From IMG/VR virus record IMGVR_UViG_3300033076_000621, positions 1 to 40,146 of that record: a DNA stretch of 40,146 bases; one strand, 5' to 3'. The position numbers were made by a program, and so were the translations under genes. A model generated the notes under the pieces. It saw only the letters and a list, made by a program, of their open reading frames with translations. It was not told the origin of the DNA and did no database searches. Origin of the DNA: a virus. Lineage: Duplodnaviria > Caudoviricetes. Shown piece after piece: positions 15,946 to 25,375 of the stretch. Positions within the stretch are counted from its first letter, which is position 1. Each line of letters begins with the position of its first letter.

Positions 15946-18050
15946 TGGCCGGAAATGTGAAAGTCGCCAGCAACACGCTGAACAACGGCAATGTCGTCGC
16001 CATCGAGCTTCAGTGGACCGGTGACGCGGTGAATGGCAGCGTGCCGAGTACGGCTGTCCCCACGGCAAAATACGCCTGTGACGGGTTCGTGCTGTGCAAC
16101 GTGGCCGTCTCGAATGGTCCCATCGCGCCGACGTCTGGCTATACCGTGCGCGTGTTCAACTCGCAGTCGATCGACGTGCTGGAAGGCGCTGGCGTCGGCT
16201 TGACCGCAACGGCCCAGTCTTTCGGCGTCTCCTCGGCCATCCCGCCCATCTACGGCGGCATCACGTTGAGCATCACCGGCAACACGCAAGCCGGGGCCAG
16301 CGGGAAGGTGGTGGTGTACTTCCGGCAAGTTTCCACCTCGCAACTAGTCCAGCCGGCGGACCCGACCTCGACCGCATCCACCTCCCTCAGCGCGTCGGAC
16401 GTGACGAGCGCCTACATGTGGACGCGCACCCCGTCATCGAGCATCGCCTTGACTGGCGGCGTTCCGGTGACCGTTACGTTGAATCCCATGCCCGCGGGCA
16501 TCACGGGCGCCGCGGCCAACAAGTGCTACGTGTCTATCGTGACTGGCGCCAGCCGCAAGGCCGAACTCATCACGGCCGTGGGCGCCTCCTCGATCACCTT
16601 TACCCCAACTTCCAGCTACGCGGCGGGCTCGTGGGCGCTTCAATCGGCGTCCGGTGGCATTCAGGAAGCGATTTACGCGACCTCTTACAAGACGCTGAAA
16701 GTTCCTCAGGGTGTTGTCTCTTATGACGCTCTCCGCGTGTGGACACCGCGCAAGCTGCAACTCACTGGAGATGGAAGCGATTCCACCATCATTCGAGTAC
16801 GAGAGACAACGGCTAATGTGTTCTTGTCGGATGAGTTTGGATGGACGATCGTTGGAATTCGTTTTGAGCCGCTGACTGGTCCGCAAACGGCAGGCGTCTG
16901 CGTCGGCATCGTAGGCTCCACTCCGCAATACAACGGCGATGCAGACGTCAATGTTAGAGATTGCGAGTTTTCCGCAATGTTCGATTGCGTAAAATGCGAC
17001 TGGCCCGGCGGCTTCATCAGGCTGGAAAACAATTACGCTCGTTCAGTGAAAGGCTACTATGCCTATCACAAAGCCAGCGTCGCTGGTGCTATTCAATACC
17101 TTGGGAACTATGGAGACGGGGCAACTTCACCCGGTTTGTTTTGGATCGAAGGCACTCTTGCCGGCGGAATTATTGACGACAACTGGTTACAAGCAGCGCC
17201 TAACCACATCGTCGTTAACGCTGATAGCGGTGTCCCTGTCAACGAGCTGATCATCTCGAACAACATCATCGATCAGGACTTCGCTGGAACTGCTGGAATC
17301 ATCGTAAATGGGAATGGATTCGAAGGACCAAGCTCCAACAACATCCAGATCCTCGGCAACTACTTCTCGTCAGACAAGTACGGAGTTCTCTGCCAAGACG
17401 CTTGGTCTGTGCTGATTGGCGGCAGCAATAAATTTCGCCAACGTGCGGCACAAGCGGCAATCTGCATCGCTGGTACGAATTCCGGTCGCATCGCTATCAC
17501 TGATAACGTGATCACCTGTTCGAGCGCCATTCAGGGATATTCGATCCAGGTAAGCGCAACAAATACGGATCAGTGTTTGATTCAAGGTAATCGCGGTACG
17601 GCTACCGCGGCGATGTTGGCTTTTATCGGCGTATCAACGGCGATCGCAAACAACCTTCACATTCTTGATAACTCCGCTGGTGCGAATTACACCAGGATGC
17701 TTGCCAACGCAGGAAGCACGGGTGCTGGCTTGGGAGTAATGCAGGGCAATGTCAGCCAGAACACGCCATCTGTCACCGTGTCGGCCGCGGCGTCGATCAC
17801 CCTGCCGTTCGTGGATGAGTCCCAAATCGTCGGCATCAGCGCCACCGGGACGCCGATCACCGAGATTAACGGAATTCTGGCCCGCGCCGGCCGCCGCGTC
17901 ACGTTCCTGGTGGACGGCGCGGTGACCTTTGCCACCTCCAGCGTGGCGGACAACAAATTAGCGGTGGGTATCGGCCCGACCTCCGCGAATGACTCGATTA
18001 CGTGGGCCAAGTACAGCGACAACCTTTGGTATATCGTCGCCAAGTCGTAA
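15945..18050 (+). CDS. tailspike-like protein with right-handed beta-helix (pectin-lyase-like) core
   Basis: GIQEAI..LKVPQG..L.LTGDG.DSTII start of beta-helix; repeated I.NN/I.GN/I.DN rungs. Confidence 0.75.
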   Translation: MAGNVKVASNTLNNGNVVAIELQWTGDAVNGSVPSTAVPTAKYACDGFVLCNVAVSNGPIAPTSGYTVRVFNSQSIDVLEGAGVGLTATAQSFGVSSAIPPIYGGITLSITGNTQAGASGKVVVYFRQVSTSQLVQPADPTSTASTSLSASDVTSAYMWTRTPSSSIALTGGVPVTVTLNPMPAGITGAAANKCYVSIVTGASRKAELITAVGASSITFTPTSSYAAGSWALQSASGGIQEAIYATSYKTLKVPQGVVSYDALRVWTPRKLQLTGDGSDSTIIRVRETTANVFLSDEFGWTIVGIRFEPLTGPQTAGVCVGIVGSTPQYNGDADVNVRDCEFSAMFDCVKCDWPGGFIRLENNYARSVKGYYAYHKASVAGAIQYLGNYGDGATSPGLFWIEGTLAGGIIDDNWLQAAPNHIVVNADSGVPVNELIISNNIIDQDFAGTAGIIVNGNGFEGPSSNNIQILGNYFSSDKYGVLCQDAWSVLIGGSNKFRQRAAQAAICIAGTNSGRIAITDNVITCSSAIQGYSIQVSATNTDQCLIQGNRGTATAAMLAFIGVSTAIANNLHILDNSAGANYTRMLANAGSTGAGLGVMQGNVSQNTPSVTVSAAASITLPFVDESQIVGISATGTPITEINGILARAGRRVTFLVDGAVTFATSSVADNKLAVGIGPTSANDSITWAKYSDNLWYIVAKS

Positions 18051-18089
18051 AAAGGCCGCGTCGGGCCTAAAACCGGCGGTGAGGAAAAC

Positions 18090-19001
18090 ATGGTAGAAAC
18101 ACCTGAAGCAGTAGAACAAACCGAGATTCCCCAAACATCCGCTCCGCAGCCGGATCTGGGCTCGTTTGAGGCCTATGAGGCAGCGAAAGCCGCGCCCAAG
18201 GTCCAGGACGAGAAACCCGCTGCCGACACCGAAAAACAGACCGAACAGCCCGTAAAGCTGGAGAAACCGGGCGACTCCGAAAACCAGGCAGGAAAGCCGA
18301 AGCGGGACCGTACCGCCGAAGGCCGAATCGCCGAGTTGACAGCGCGTCAAAAGCAATTGGAAGCAGAGCTGAATGAGTGGAAGTCAAAGGCGCAGCCAGC
18401 GCCAGCGGCCCCCGCTCAGGTGGAAAAGAAGCCGGAAGCCACCAACGGCAAGCCCAAGCTCCAAGAGTTTGTGAACGCGCTGAAGGCAGACGAGACGTAT
18501 GAGGACGCGCAGGAGCGCTGGAACGATGCCGTGCTGGAGTGGAGGGAACAACAGACCGCCAAGCGCCAGCAGGAGCAGCAGGAAGCGCAGCGCACGCAGG
18601 AATCACAGGCCAAGGTTAACGCGAAAGTCGAGGCCGCCATGTCCAAGTATGAGGACTTCGGCGACTTGATGAACGCGCCCATTCCGGTGTCGATGGTTCC
18701 GGCGATTCAGGAGTTCATGCAGGAGTTCGACACTTTGGACGCACTGCACGCGGTCCTCTCGGACCCGGCTGAACTCCAGCGCATTGCCTCACTCTCCAAA
18801 GCCCGTCAACTCGTTGAACTCGGCAAGATCGACGACCGGCTGAACCGACCTGAACCGAAACCCACCGCGCCGCTCGTGTCGAAGGCCCCCGCCCCCATCC
18901 GAAACATCGGTGGTGGCGGCAGTGAAGCGAATGAGGATCCATACGCGGCTCCCAGCTTCGAGGCTTACGAACGGGCGCGGGAAAAACAAAGAAAACGATA
19001 G
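18090..19001 (+). CDS. scaffolding protein
   Basis: GAGG RBS; charged helical protein, RIAELT, ELGKID, VSKAPAPI; directly before coat gene. Confidence 0.85.
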   Translation: MVETPEAVEQTEIPQTSAPQPDLGSFEAYEAAKAAPKVQDEKPAADTEKQTEQPVKLEKPGDSENQAGKPKRDRTAEGRIAELTARQKQLEAELNEWKSKAQPAPAAPAQVEKKPEATNGKPKLQEFVNALKADETYEDAQERWNDAVLEWREQQTAKRQQEQQEAQRTQESQAKVNAKVEAAMSKYEDFGDLMNAPIPVSMVPAIQEFMQEFDTLDALHAVLSDPAELQRIASLSKARQLVELGKIDDRLNRPEPKPTAPLVSKAPAPIRNIGGGGSEANEDPYAAPSFEAYERAREKQRKR

Positions 19002-19010
19002 GAGCCATTT

Positions 19011-20261
19011 GTGAGCAACCAGCTTCTGACCTCCCAGGTCATCACGTATGAAACGCTTTCGGTCCTGAAGAACGATCTGCGCATCGTCAAAAACTTCTGG
19101 CGCGACGGCGACAAGGAATTTGGCAAGAAGGGCGACAAGATCGGCGACACGCTGTATGTGCGCAAGCCGCAACGCTTCATCGGCCGCGATGGTCAGGCGT
19201 ACCAGCCGGAAGGCCTTTCCGACACCCAGGTGCCCATCACGATCAACCAGCAGAGCGGCGTGGACTTCGAGTTCAGCACCGCTGAATTGTACCTGAGCAT
19301 CGACGACTTCCGGTCCCGGTACCTCGACAAAGCGGGCGAAAGCATCGCCAACAAGCTAGACCTCCGCTGCGCCCAGATGGCCGTCCTCAACACCGCGAAC
19401 AACGTTGGCACCGTGGGCACCATCCCCGGCCTGAGCGGTTCGGACGCCTTCTACATCTACAGCCAGGCGGGCCGGCTGCTGACCGAGAATGGCTTCCAGC
19501 GCAACGTGAAGCGGACCATGGCATTGACCGCTGGCGCCGAAGTTGGCTGGAACACCTACGCCAAGGCGTTCTTCAACCCGTCCGGCAAGTTGAGTGACCA
19601 GTGGGACACCGGGCAGGTGTCGAACGCCCTCGGCTACAAGTGGTTCGTTGACGAGAACCTGCCGACGCAGACCATCGGCGCCCTCGGCGGCACCCCGGCG
19701 GTTGATGGCGCGAACCAGACCGGGACCGTCATCAACCTCAAGGGCTGGACTCCCAGCGTCACGGGCGTGTTGAACGTCGGCGATGTCATCAGCTACAGCG
19801 GCGTCTACAACGTCAACCCGCAGTCGCGCCTGTCCACCGGGCAGCCGTTCCAGCAGGTCGTGCAGGCGATCGCGTCGAGCGACGGCGGCGGCCTATGCAG
19901 CGTGTCCGTCTACCCGGCCTTGGTTCCTTCCGGCCAGTATCAGAACTGCACCGGCTCCCCGGCGGATTCGGCTCTGGTCAGCGTGTACGGCGTGGCGGCG
20001 GCGGGCCAATCGGCCATCGCTGGCGTTTCCACCCGGCAGCAGTTGCTCTGGACGCCTGAGGCCTACGCCTTTATGAGCTTCCCCGGAGATGTCCCGAAGG
20101 GCGTTGACATGGGCTACTCGGCCAACGACAACTCCAGCGGCGTTTCGCTGCGGTTCGTCCGCGTCTGGGATGCGGTCCGCGATCAGTGGATCAACCGCTT
20201 CGACGTGTACTACGGCGCTTCGCCGATGTACCCCGAAGGCGGCGTTCGCGTCAACAGCTAA
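19011..20261 (+). CDS. major capsid protein, P22 gp5-like
   Basis: N.LLT..VIT.E.L, KIGDTLYVRKP, LSIDDFRSRYL, RFDVYYG; AGGAG RBS. Confidence 0.95.
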   Translation: MSNQLLTSQVITYETLSVLKNDLRIVKNFWRDGDKEFGKKGDKIGDTLYVRKPQRFIGRDGQAYQPEGLSDTQVPITINQQSGVDFEFSTAELYLSIDDFRSRYLDKAGESIANKLDLRCAQMAVLNTANNVGTVGTIPGLSGSDAFYIYSQAGRLLTENGFQRNVKRTMALTAGAEVGWNTYAKAFFNPSGKLSDQWDTGQVSNALGYKWFVDENLPTQTIGALGGTPAVDGANQTGTVINLKGWTPSVTGVLNVGDVISYSGVYNVNPQSRLSTGQPFQQVVQAIASSDGGGLCSVSVYPALVPSGQYQNCTGSPADSALVSVYGVAAAGQSAIAGVSTRQQLLWTPEAYAFMSFPGDVPKGVDMGYSANDNSSGVSLRFVRVWDAVRDQWINRFDVYYGASPMYPEGGVRVNS

Positions 20262-20266
20262 ACCTG

Positions 20267-20302
20267 CGGGGCAACTGTTTCCAAAACGGAAGCGGTTGCC
20301 CC
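20267..20302 (+). other. long hairpin after the coat gene
   Basis: GGGGCAACTGTTTCC-AAAAC-GGAAGCGGTTGCCCC, 15-bp stem with G-U pairs, no U-tract. Confidence 0.7.
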
Positions 20303-20314
20303 CATGGATCTACC

Positions 20315-20791
20315 ATGCGAACCATCATCCTCATTCTCGCCTCTGTCGCCTGCTTCGCGCAGACGGCAACCTTTATGGCGATTTCCTCGCAAACCGGAGT
20401 CACCTCTGACGCGCTGACGATTCAGCAAAACCAGAGCACGCCGGTTTACGCGCAGGGCGTCCGCGCTGTGGTCGTATCGACCACAGCCGGCACGTGCGTA
20501 ACGAAGCAAGGCGGCACGGCACCCACTGCCACCGCCACCACGATTCGCCAGACCAACGGCGCGGCTTCGTTCTCTCGCCTATCGGCCTACGCGGCTTCAA
20601 ATGTCGGCGCGGGCGTGGCCACCTCCCCGGTTTACGACCTGATCCAATCCGGAAGCTCCTATGTCCTGACCCTGGACATGACGCCCAGCGGATTCGTTGG
20701 ACCCGGCACCACCAAGAACATCACCGTCTTCTGTTCAATCAGCGCCGGTGACATTCAGATCGCCATGTATTGGAAGGAGCAACAGCAGTGA
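20315..20791 (+). CDS. signal-peptide-bearing beta-rich protein (decoration-like)
   Basis: MRTIILILASVACFA|Q; Thr/Ser-rich; 2 mature Cys. Confidence 0.8.
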   Translation: MRTIILILASVACFAQTATFMAISSQTGVTSDALTIQQNQSTPVYAQGVRAVVVSTTAGTCVTKQGGTAPTATATTIRQTNGAASFSRLSAYAASNVGAGVATSPVYDLIQSGSSYVLTLDMTPSGFVGPGTTKNITVFCSISAGDIQIAMYWKEQQQ

Positions 20792-21966
20792 ACCACCTGA
20801 AACTCTCGATTGGGCTCCTTTTCAGCCTCATGGCGTGGGGCCAGCTCACGACCACCTCCACGACACTCAGCAGCGCCGTCAACACCGTATCCAGCACTCA
20901 ATGGTGCCTGGCGTCGGCTACCGGCGTGGTCGTGCCGAACGTGGCCAGCGCCAATGGTTCGCTGCTTCTCGCCGACCGGGAAGTAGCGCAAGTCACTGGC
21001 GCCGGCACCTCGTCAACCTGTTTCAAGGTAAAGCGTGGCCAGATGGGAAGCACCGTTGCATCGCACTCGGCGGCGACGACCGTATGGGTTGGCCAACCGG
21101 CCACCTCCAGCGGCGACAGCAGCCGTCCGTTCAACGGGGCTTTCATCACGGCACTACCCACCGGCTCCTGCGTTGCGGCTGACCAGTACACCCTTCCGGT
21201 GTTGTTCGTCGGCTCGGCATCTCTCGGCGGCACACCTGGCACGCCCTACAACTGCGTGAACAGCCAGTGGGTGCCAACCGGAAACATCGTGGCGTCGAAC
21301 GTCGGCACCTCGCCGCTGTTCATCGCTGATGTTGTCGGCTCGGCCACTCCGGCGCTTATCACTCGGCGGGCGAACGGCACGCAAGCCAACCCCACAGCCA
21401 TCCAATCCGGCGACATCTTCGGCGTGTTCGGCGGGCGCGGCTACATGGACACCGGCTACAGCCCGGTTTCCCGTGCTGACGTGCAATTTTGGGCTACGGA
21501 GAATTGGACGGACACCGCCAACGGGGCGCGGATCGTCTTTGCGACCACGGCCAACGGCGCGGCGGCCCGTACCTCCCGCTGGTACATCGACCAGGACGGC
21601 GGCTTCAAGCCGTTCACGAATGGCGCTGTGGCCTTGGGCGACTCTACCCACCAGATCGCCTCGGCATCGATGGTCAACTGCACCTCTGGCGCTTCCCCGG
21701 CTGTCTGCGGGGCGTCGGCAGTGGGTGCTGTAGCGGTTGCGGCGGCGGCTACAACGCTGGTGGTGAACACCACGGCAGTTACGGCCAAGTCGCGCATTGT
21801 ATTGACCATGGATTCCAGCCTCGGCAGTGATCTTTCGGTCACCTGCAACACCTCAAACATCGCCGCGTGGGTCAGCGCCCGCACGGCTGGCACCTCGTTC
21901 ACCATCACCACGGCCAGCGGCCCGGTGACGAACCCGATGTGTCTCTCGTACCACATCTTCAACTGA
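20788..21966 (+). CDS. signal-peptide-bearing fibre/decoration-like protein
   Basis: GGAG RBS, GTG start; NHLKLSIGLLFSLMAWG|Q; fibre-like RRANGTQANPTAIQSGD..G.F.GRGY segment; 8 mature Cys. Confidence 0.85.
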   Translation: MNHLKLSIGLLFSLMAWGQLTTTSTTLSSAVNTVSSTQWCLASATGVVVPNVASANGSLLLADREVAQVTGAGTSSTCFKVKRGQMGSTVASHSAATTVWVGQPATSSGDSSRPFNGAFITALPTGSCVAADQYTLPVLFVGSASLGGTPGTPYNCVNSQWVPTGNIVASNVGTSPLFIADVVGSATPALITRRANGTQANPTAIQSGDIFGVFGGRGYMDTGYSPVSRADVQFWATENWTDTANGARIVFATTANGAAARTSRWYIDQDGGFKPFTNGAVALGDSTHQIASASMVNCTSGASPAVCGASAVGAVAVAAAATTLVVNTTAVTAKSRIVLTMDSSLGSDLSVTCNTSNIAAWVSARTAGTSFTITTASGPVTNPMCLSYHIFN

Positions 21967-21994
21967 CGGCGAAAGCCAATAAAGGAAAACAACC

Positions 21995-23035
21995 ATGCTC
22001 AAATTCTTGATTCCTCTGGTTCTTTCGGCTCTCGCCGTATTCAGCCAGCAGACCACCACTTCTACCACCCTTTCGACCGCCATTTCGGCCACCTCGCAGG
22101 CCGAATGGTGCATCGGCAGCGCCTCGGGCGTGGTCCTAAACACCACCAGCGGCAACGCCTCCTATCTGTTTGTGGACCGCGAAGCCGCGCAGATTACCAG
22201 CCAGGGAAGCACCTCGACCTGCTACAAGGTGAAACGCGCCCAACTCGGCACCAGCCAGCAGAACCACGCCGCCACCTCGAAGGTGTGGGTGGGACAGGCT
22301 GCTACCGGAACGGGCGACTCGTCCCGGCCCTTCACAGGGGCGTTTACCTCGTCGCTCCCCAGTGGCTCCTGCACGGCATCGGCGCAGTATACGCTGCCGG
22401 TGATCTACACGGGGCCGGCCAGCGGCGGCGCGTTCCCCGGTTCGGTAATCAACTGCATCGGCGGACGCTGGAGCGGGCAGGCGGATAAGACGTTTTTTGT
22501 CTCGCCGTCTGATTGCACCTTCGCGCCCACCACGTTGACGACCACCAACACGCTGACGCAGATCGGCGCGTCTTCGGTGTACGTCCTCAACGGCACTTCG
22601 AACGCCGCGGCTGGCACCAACACCCTGACCTGCAACATCGTCGTCCCGACAGCGGTTTCTGCCCTGCAAGGGGCGGTCATCACCGATATCGTCGGCTACT
22701 ACGGTTCGCAGACCACGGCGCCCACGTCGATCGGCACGGCCACGCTTGGCTCCATCTCCTTCGCCACCCCGGCGACGGGCGCTGCCGCCTCCACGGTCAC
22801 CCCGGTGTCGTTCGGCGGCACGATCACCAACACGGTTCCCACGGCGATCACCACCGTTACCACGGCTGGTTCGTTCCTCCCCATCAAGTCCTCGCTCGGC
22901 ACGCCGGTTACGCTGTCCACGGATAACCGGATTCTCGTGTACAAGCTGCCCTTCGTGCAGAGCGCGGCCGCGGCTATGACCATCAACACCCCCGGTTTGA
23001 TCGTCCACTACGCGGCTCAGACCACTTTGCCGTAG
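21995..23035 (+). CDS. signal-peptide-bearing decoration-like protein, N-terminal paralog of previous gene
   Basis: MLKFLIPLVLSALAVFS|Q; shared WC.SA.GVV, DRE.AQ.T, TC.KVKR, GDSSRPF.GAF, QYTLPV; 6 mature Cys. Confidence 0.85.
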   Translation: MLKFLIPLVLSALAVFSQQTTTSTTLSTAISATSQAEWCIGSASGVVLNTTSGNASYLFVDREAAQITSQGSTSTCYKVKRAQLGTSQQNHAATSKVWVGQAATGTGDSSRPFTGAFTSSLPSGSCTASAQYTLPVIYTGPASGGAFPGSVINCIGGRWSGQADKTFFVSPSDCTFAPTTLTTTNTLTQIGASSVYVLNGTSNAAAGTNTLTCNIVVPTAVSALQGAVITDIVGYYGSQTTAPTSIGTATLGSISFATPATGAAASTVTPVSFGGTITNTVPTAITTVTTAGSFLPIKSSLGTPVTLSTDNRILVYKLPFVQSAAAAMTINTPGLIVHYAAQTTLP

Positions 23036-23054
23036 CCACTCCGAATGCGGCCTA

Positions 23055-23084
23055 TGGGGCGGGATCACCACCGCCCCACCTTTT
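23055..23084 (+). terminator. intrinsic terminator
   Basis: TGGGGCGG-N8-CCGCCCCA-CC-TTTT. Confidence 0.6.
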
Positions 23085-23113
23085 CAACCCTCCAACCACA
23101 CATAAGGGAAATT

Positions 23114-23674
23114 ATGGCTTCTGAGCAAGAGATCACACGAGACATCCTGGCGCAGTTGAACGACAACCGGGCGACCAACGAACTCCCCCTTGGCATCGAC
23201 CAACTGGACCTGATGCGCGGCAAAAATGGCGGCTACCCCCGCGACATGTACCACGCCACCCACGCCCCCGTGCGCGTCACGAACCGGGACCAGGAAACGG
23301 CGATGGCCCAGCGCGGCTACACCCGCAACTACATCAAGCACGCCTACCCGCGAACCATCTTTCGGCGCAACCTCACCACCATCAAGCAGCGCATCGGCGA
23401 CACGAAGGAATACGAGGACGTGGCCAAGTACACGGACTTCGTGGAGACTCGCGTGGTGCTGTCGGCTGACCATGAGAAAGCATCGCTGGCGGAACGCGCC
23501 CCGCGCGGCTGTTCGGCGTGGATGACGGAGTACGCCGCCCTCCCCCCGGTCAGCGACGAAACCGCGGGCGACAAGGAAGCCGAACTCCAACGGCTGCGCG
23601 GCAAGGTCGAAGCCCTCGAAGGCACGCCGGAACCCCGGCGCCGCCGCAACCAGCACGTCGAAGCCAGCGAATAA
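23114..23674 (+). CDS. hypothetical head-region protein
   Basis: AAGGG RBS before ATG 23114; two YPR(D/T)(M/I)(Y/F) motifs. Confidence 0.75.
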   Translation: MASEQEITRDILAQLNDNRATNELPLGIDQLDLMRGKNGGYPRDMYHATHAPVRVTNRDQETAMAQRGYTRNYIKHAYPRTIFRRNLTTIKQRIGDTKEYEDVAKYTDFVETRVVLSADHEKASLAERAPRGCSAWMTEYAALPPVSDETAGDKEAELQRLRGKVEALEGTPEPRRRRNQHVEASE

Positions 23675-23689
23675 TACACAGGCGGAATC

Positions 23690-24409
23690 ATGCCCAGCCC
23701 CATCAATCTCACGACCATGGCTACCGACGCCCTCTCCTACTTGGGGGTTTTGGACGCTGGCGGCACGCCTTCGGCCACGGAATTGACCCAGGCGCTGCGG
23801 ACTGCCAACGACATGCTGGACAACATGTCGAGCGAAGAGCTCATGATTCCGTCTTTGTCCCTCGAAACGTTTGCGCTGGTGGCTGGAACGAACTCCTACA
23901 CCATCGGCACCGCGTTGACCTGGAACACGGCGCGGCCAATGGCGATTGAGGCGGCGGTCCACTATGTCACCGTCTACACCGGAACCCTCACCTCCCCGGT
24001 TCGCATCGTCAACGGCATTGAGTGGGCCAGCATCCCGAACCGCGATCAGAACTCTCCGCTCATTGAGGCGCTGTTCTACGATCGCGCAACGACGGGCGCG
24101 AAGGTCTACGTTTCGCCGATCCCCCTTGGCGGCAACATCCAGTTGACCATGTGGAAGGCACTCACGCAGTTCGCGGACGTGACCACCACGATTACCTTCC
24201 CGCCTGGCTACATCCAGCCCATCACCTACGCCCTCGCCATGGCTCTGGCGCCCCGGTACGAGGTCGCGCCCGGCGAAATCTTGGTCAAAAACTACATGGA
24301 CTCGATGGCCCGTTTGCGCAACCTGAACGCCGCGCTGCTTGGCCGCAAGCCTCCCGCCGGGCAGACCGACCCGGCCACCATTCCCCCGTCCACCATCCAG
24401 ACAAACTGA
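23690..24409 (+). CDS. head-to-tail adaptor, P22 gp4-like (copy 1)
   Basis: AL..LGVL.AG.TPS..E....L...NDMLD; SYTIG; RP..I; FPPGY. Confidence 0.8.
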   Translation: MPSPINLTTMATDALSYLGVLDAGGTPSATELTQALRTANDMLDNMSSEELMIPSLSLETFALVAGTNSYTIGTALTWNTARPMAIEAAVHYVTVYTGTLTSPVRIVNGIEWASIPNRDQNSPLIEALFYDRATTGAKVYVSPIPLGGNIQLTMWKALTQFADVTTTITFPPGYIQPITYALAMALAPRYEVAPGEILVKNYMDSMARLRNLNAALLGRKPPAGQTDPATIPPSTIQTN

Positions 24410-24410
24410 A

Positions 24411-24581
24411 ATGCTCAACTTCCTAAAAAAGCTCGTTTGTTCGCATCGAAACCTGTCGTTCTATTGCAACTTGTATGGCGACATGATCTTCCTGTCTGGC
24501 GGAAAGCGATCTTTGTGGAAATGCGACGACTGCGGAACGCTTGTGGCAAACAAAAACCTGTTCGTGGCACTTGAACAATGA
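24411..24581 (+). CDS. small Cys/His-rich protein (DUF1660-like)
   Basis: MLNFLKKLVCSH...WKCDDCG; AT-richer than flanks; fills gap between adaptors exactly. Confidence 0.65.
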   Translation: MLNFLKKLVCSHRNLSFYCNLYGDMIFLSGGKRSLWKCDDCGTLVANKNLFVALEQ

Positions 24582-25375
24582 GCATCCAAAGCTACAGCGC
24601 CGACCAAATCGCCTATCAGGCGCTCCGCGACCTTGGGGCGCTGCGGGCTGGCCAGGGGCCTTCTGTGGACGTGCTGGCGGACTGCTTCACGGCGGTCAAT
24701 CAACTCATCGACTCCTGGCTCACCGATCAGTTGCTCGTCTACGCCTACGTCCCGAACCAGTACACGCTGAACGGAACACAGATCACCTACACCATCGGGC
24801 CCACCGGTGCCGACTTCACGGCGCCGCGGCCAACCGGCATTCAAGACGCGAATATCATCTTGAACTACACATCCCCGGTGGTTCGCCAGCCGGTATCCAT
24901 CATCAATGTGGACCAGTGGGCCTCGATTCGCGTCCAGCAGTTGCAGCCGGCCATACCGCTGGTCCTCTATTACGATGCGAACTTCAATCCCACCTACGGG
25001 TATGGCTCCATCAACCTCTGGCCGGGGCCGCAAAGCTCCTACATCCTCGAAATCTACACCTGGCAGCAGTTGACGGCGTTTCCCGACCAAACCACGGCCA
25101 TCAAGTTCCCCCCGGCCTATGCGCAAGCCCTGAGGAAGTCGCTGGCCGTGTCGATCGCGCCCATGATGCTGCTGTACGGCAAGGAAAACGGCATCGTGGG
25201 CTCTGCCATCGACAAGGCTCTGCCACTGGTCCAACAACAGGCGCGGCTGGCCATGGCTGCATTGCGCTCCTACAACGCCAAGACGCCCGTGCTGGCGCTC
25301 GATCCGGCTTTTGACGGGCTGGAGAACATGAACGGGTTCAATTGGCTCACGGGCAACGCGGGGAGGGGCTGGTGA
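24578..25375 (+). CDS. head-to-tail adaptor, P22 gp4-like (copy 2)
   Basis: ALRDLGALRAGQGPS....DC...NQLIDSW; TYTIG; RP..I; FPPAY. Confidence 0.8.
   Translation: MSIQSYSADQIAYQALRDLGALRAGQGPSVDVLADCFTAVNQLIDSWLTDQLLVYAYVPNQYTLNGTQITYTIGPTGADFTAPRPTGIQDANIILNYTSPVVRQPVSIINVDQWASIRVQQLQPAIPLVLYYDANFNPTYGYGSINLWPGPQSSYILEIYTWQQLTAFPDQTTAIKFPPAYAQALRKSLAVSIAPMMLLYGKENGIVGSAIDKALPLVQQQARLAMAALRSYNAKTPVLALDPAFDGLENMNGFNWLTGNAGRGW

Noticed and set aside
20788-23035. Diversity-generating retroelement (TR/VR pair)
   Set aside because: Paralogs differ at many non-adenine positions and no reverse transcriptase is encoded
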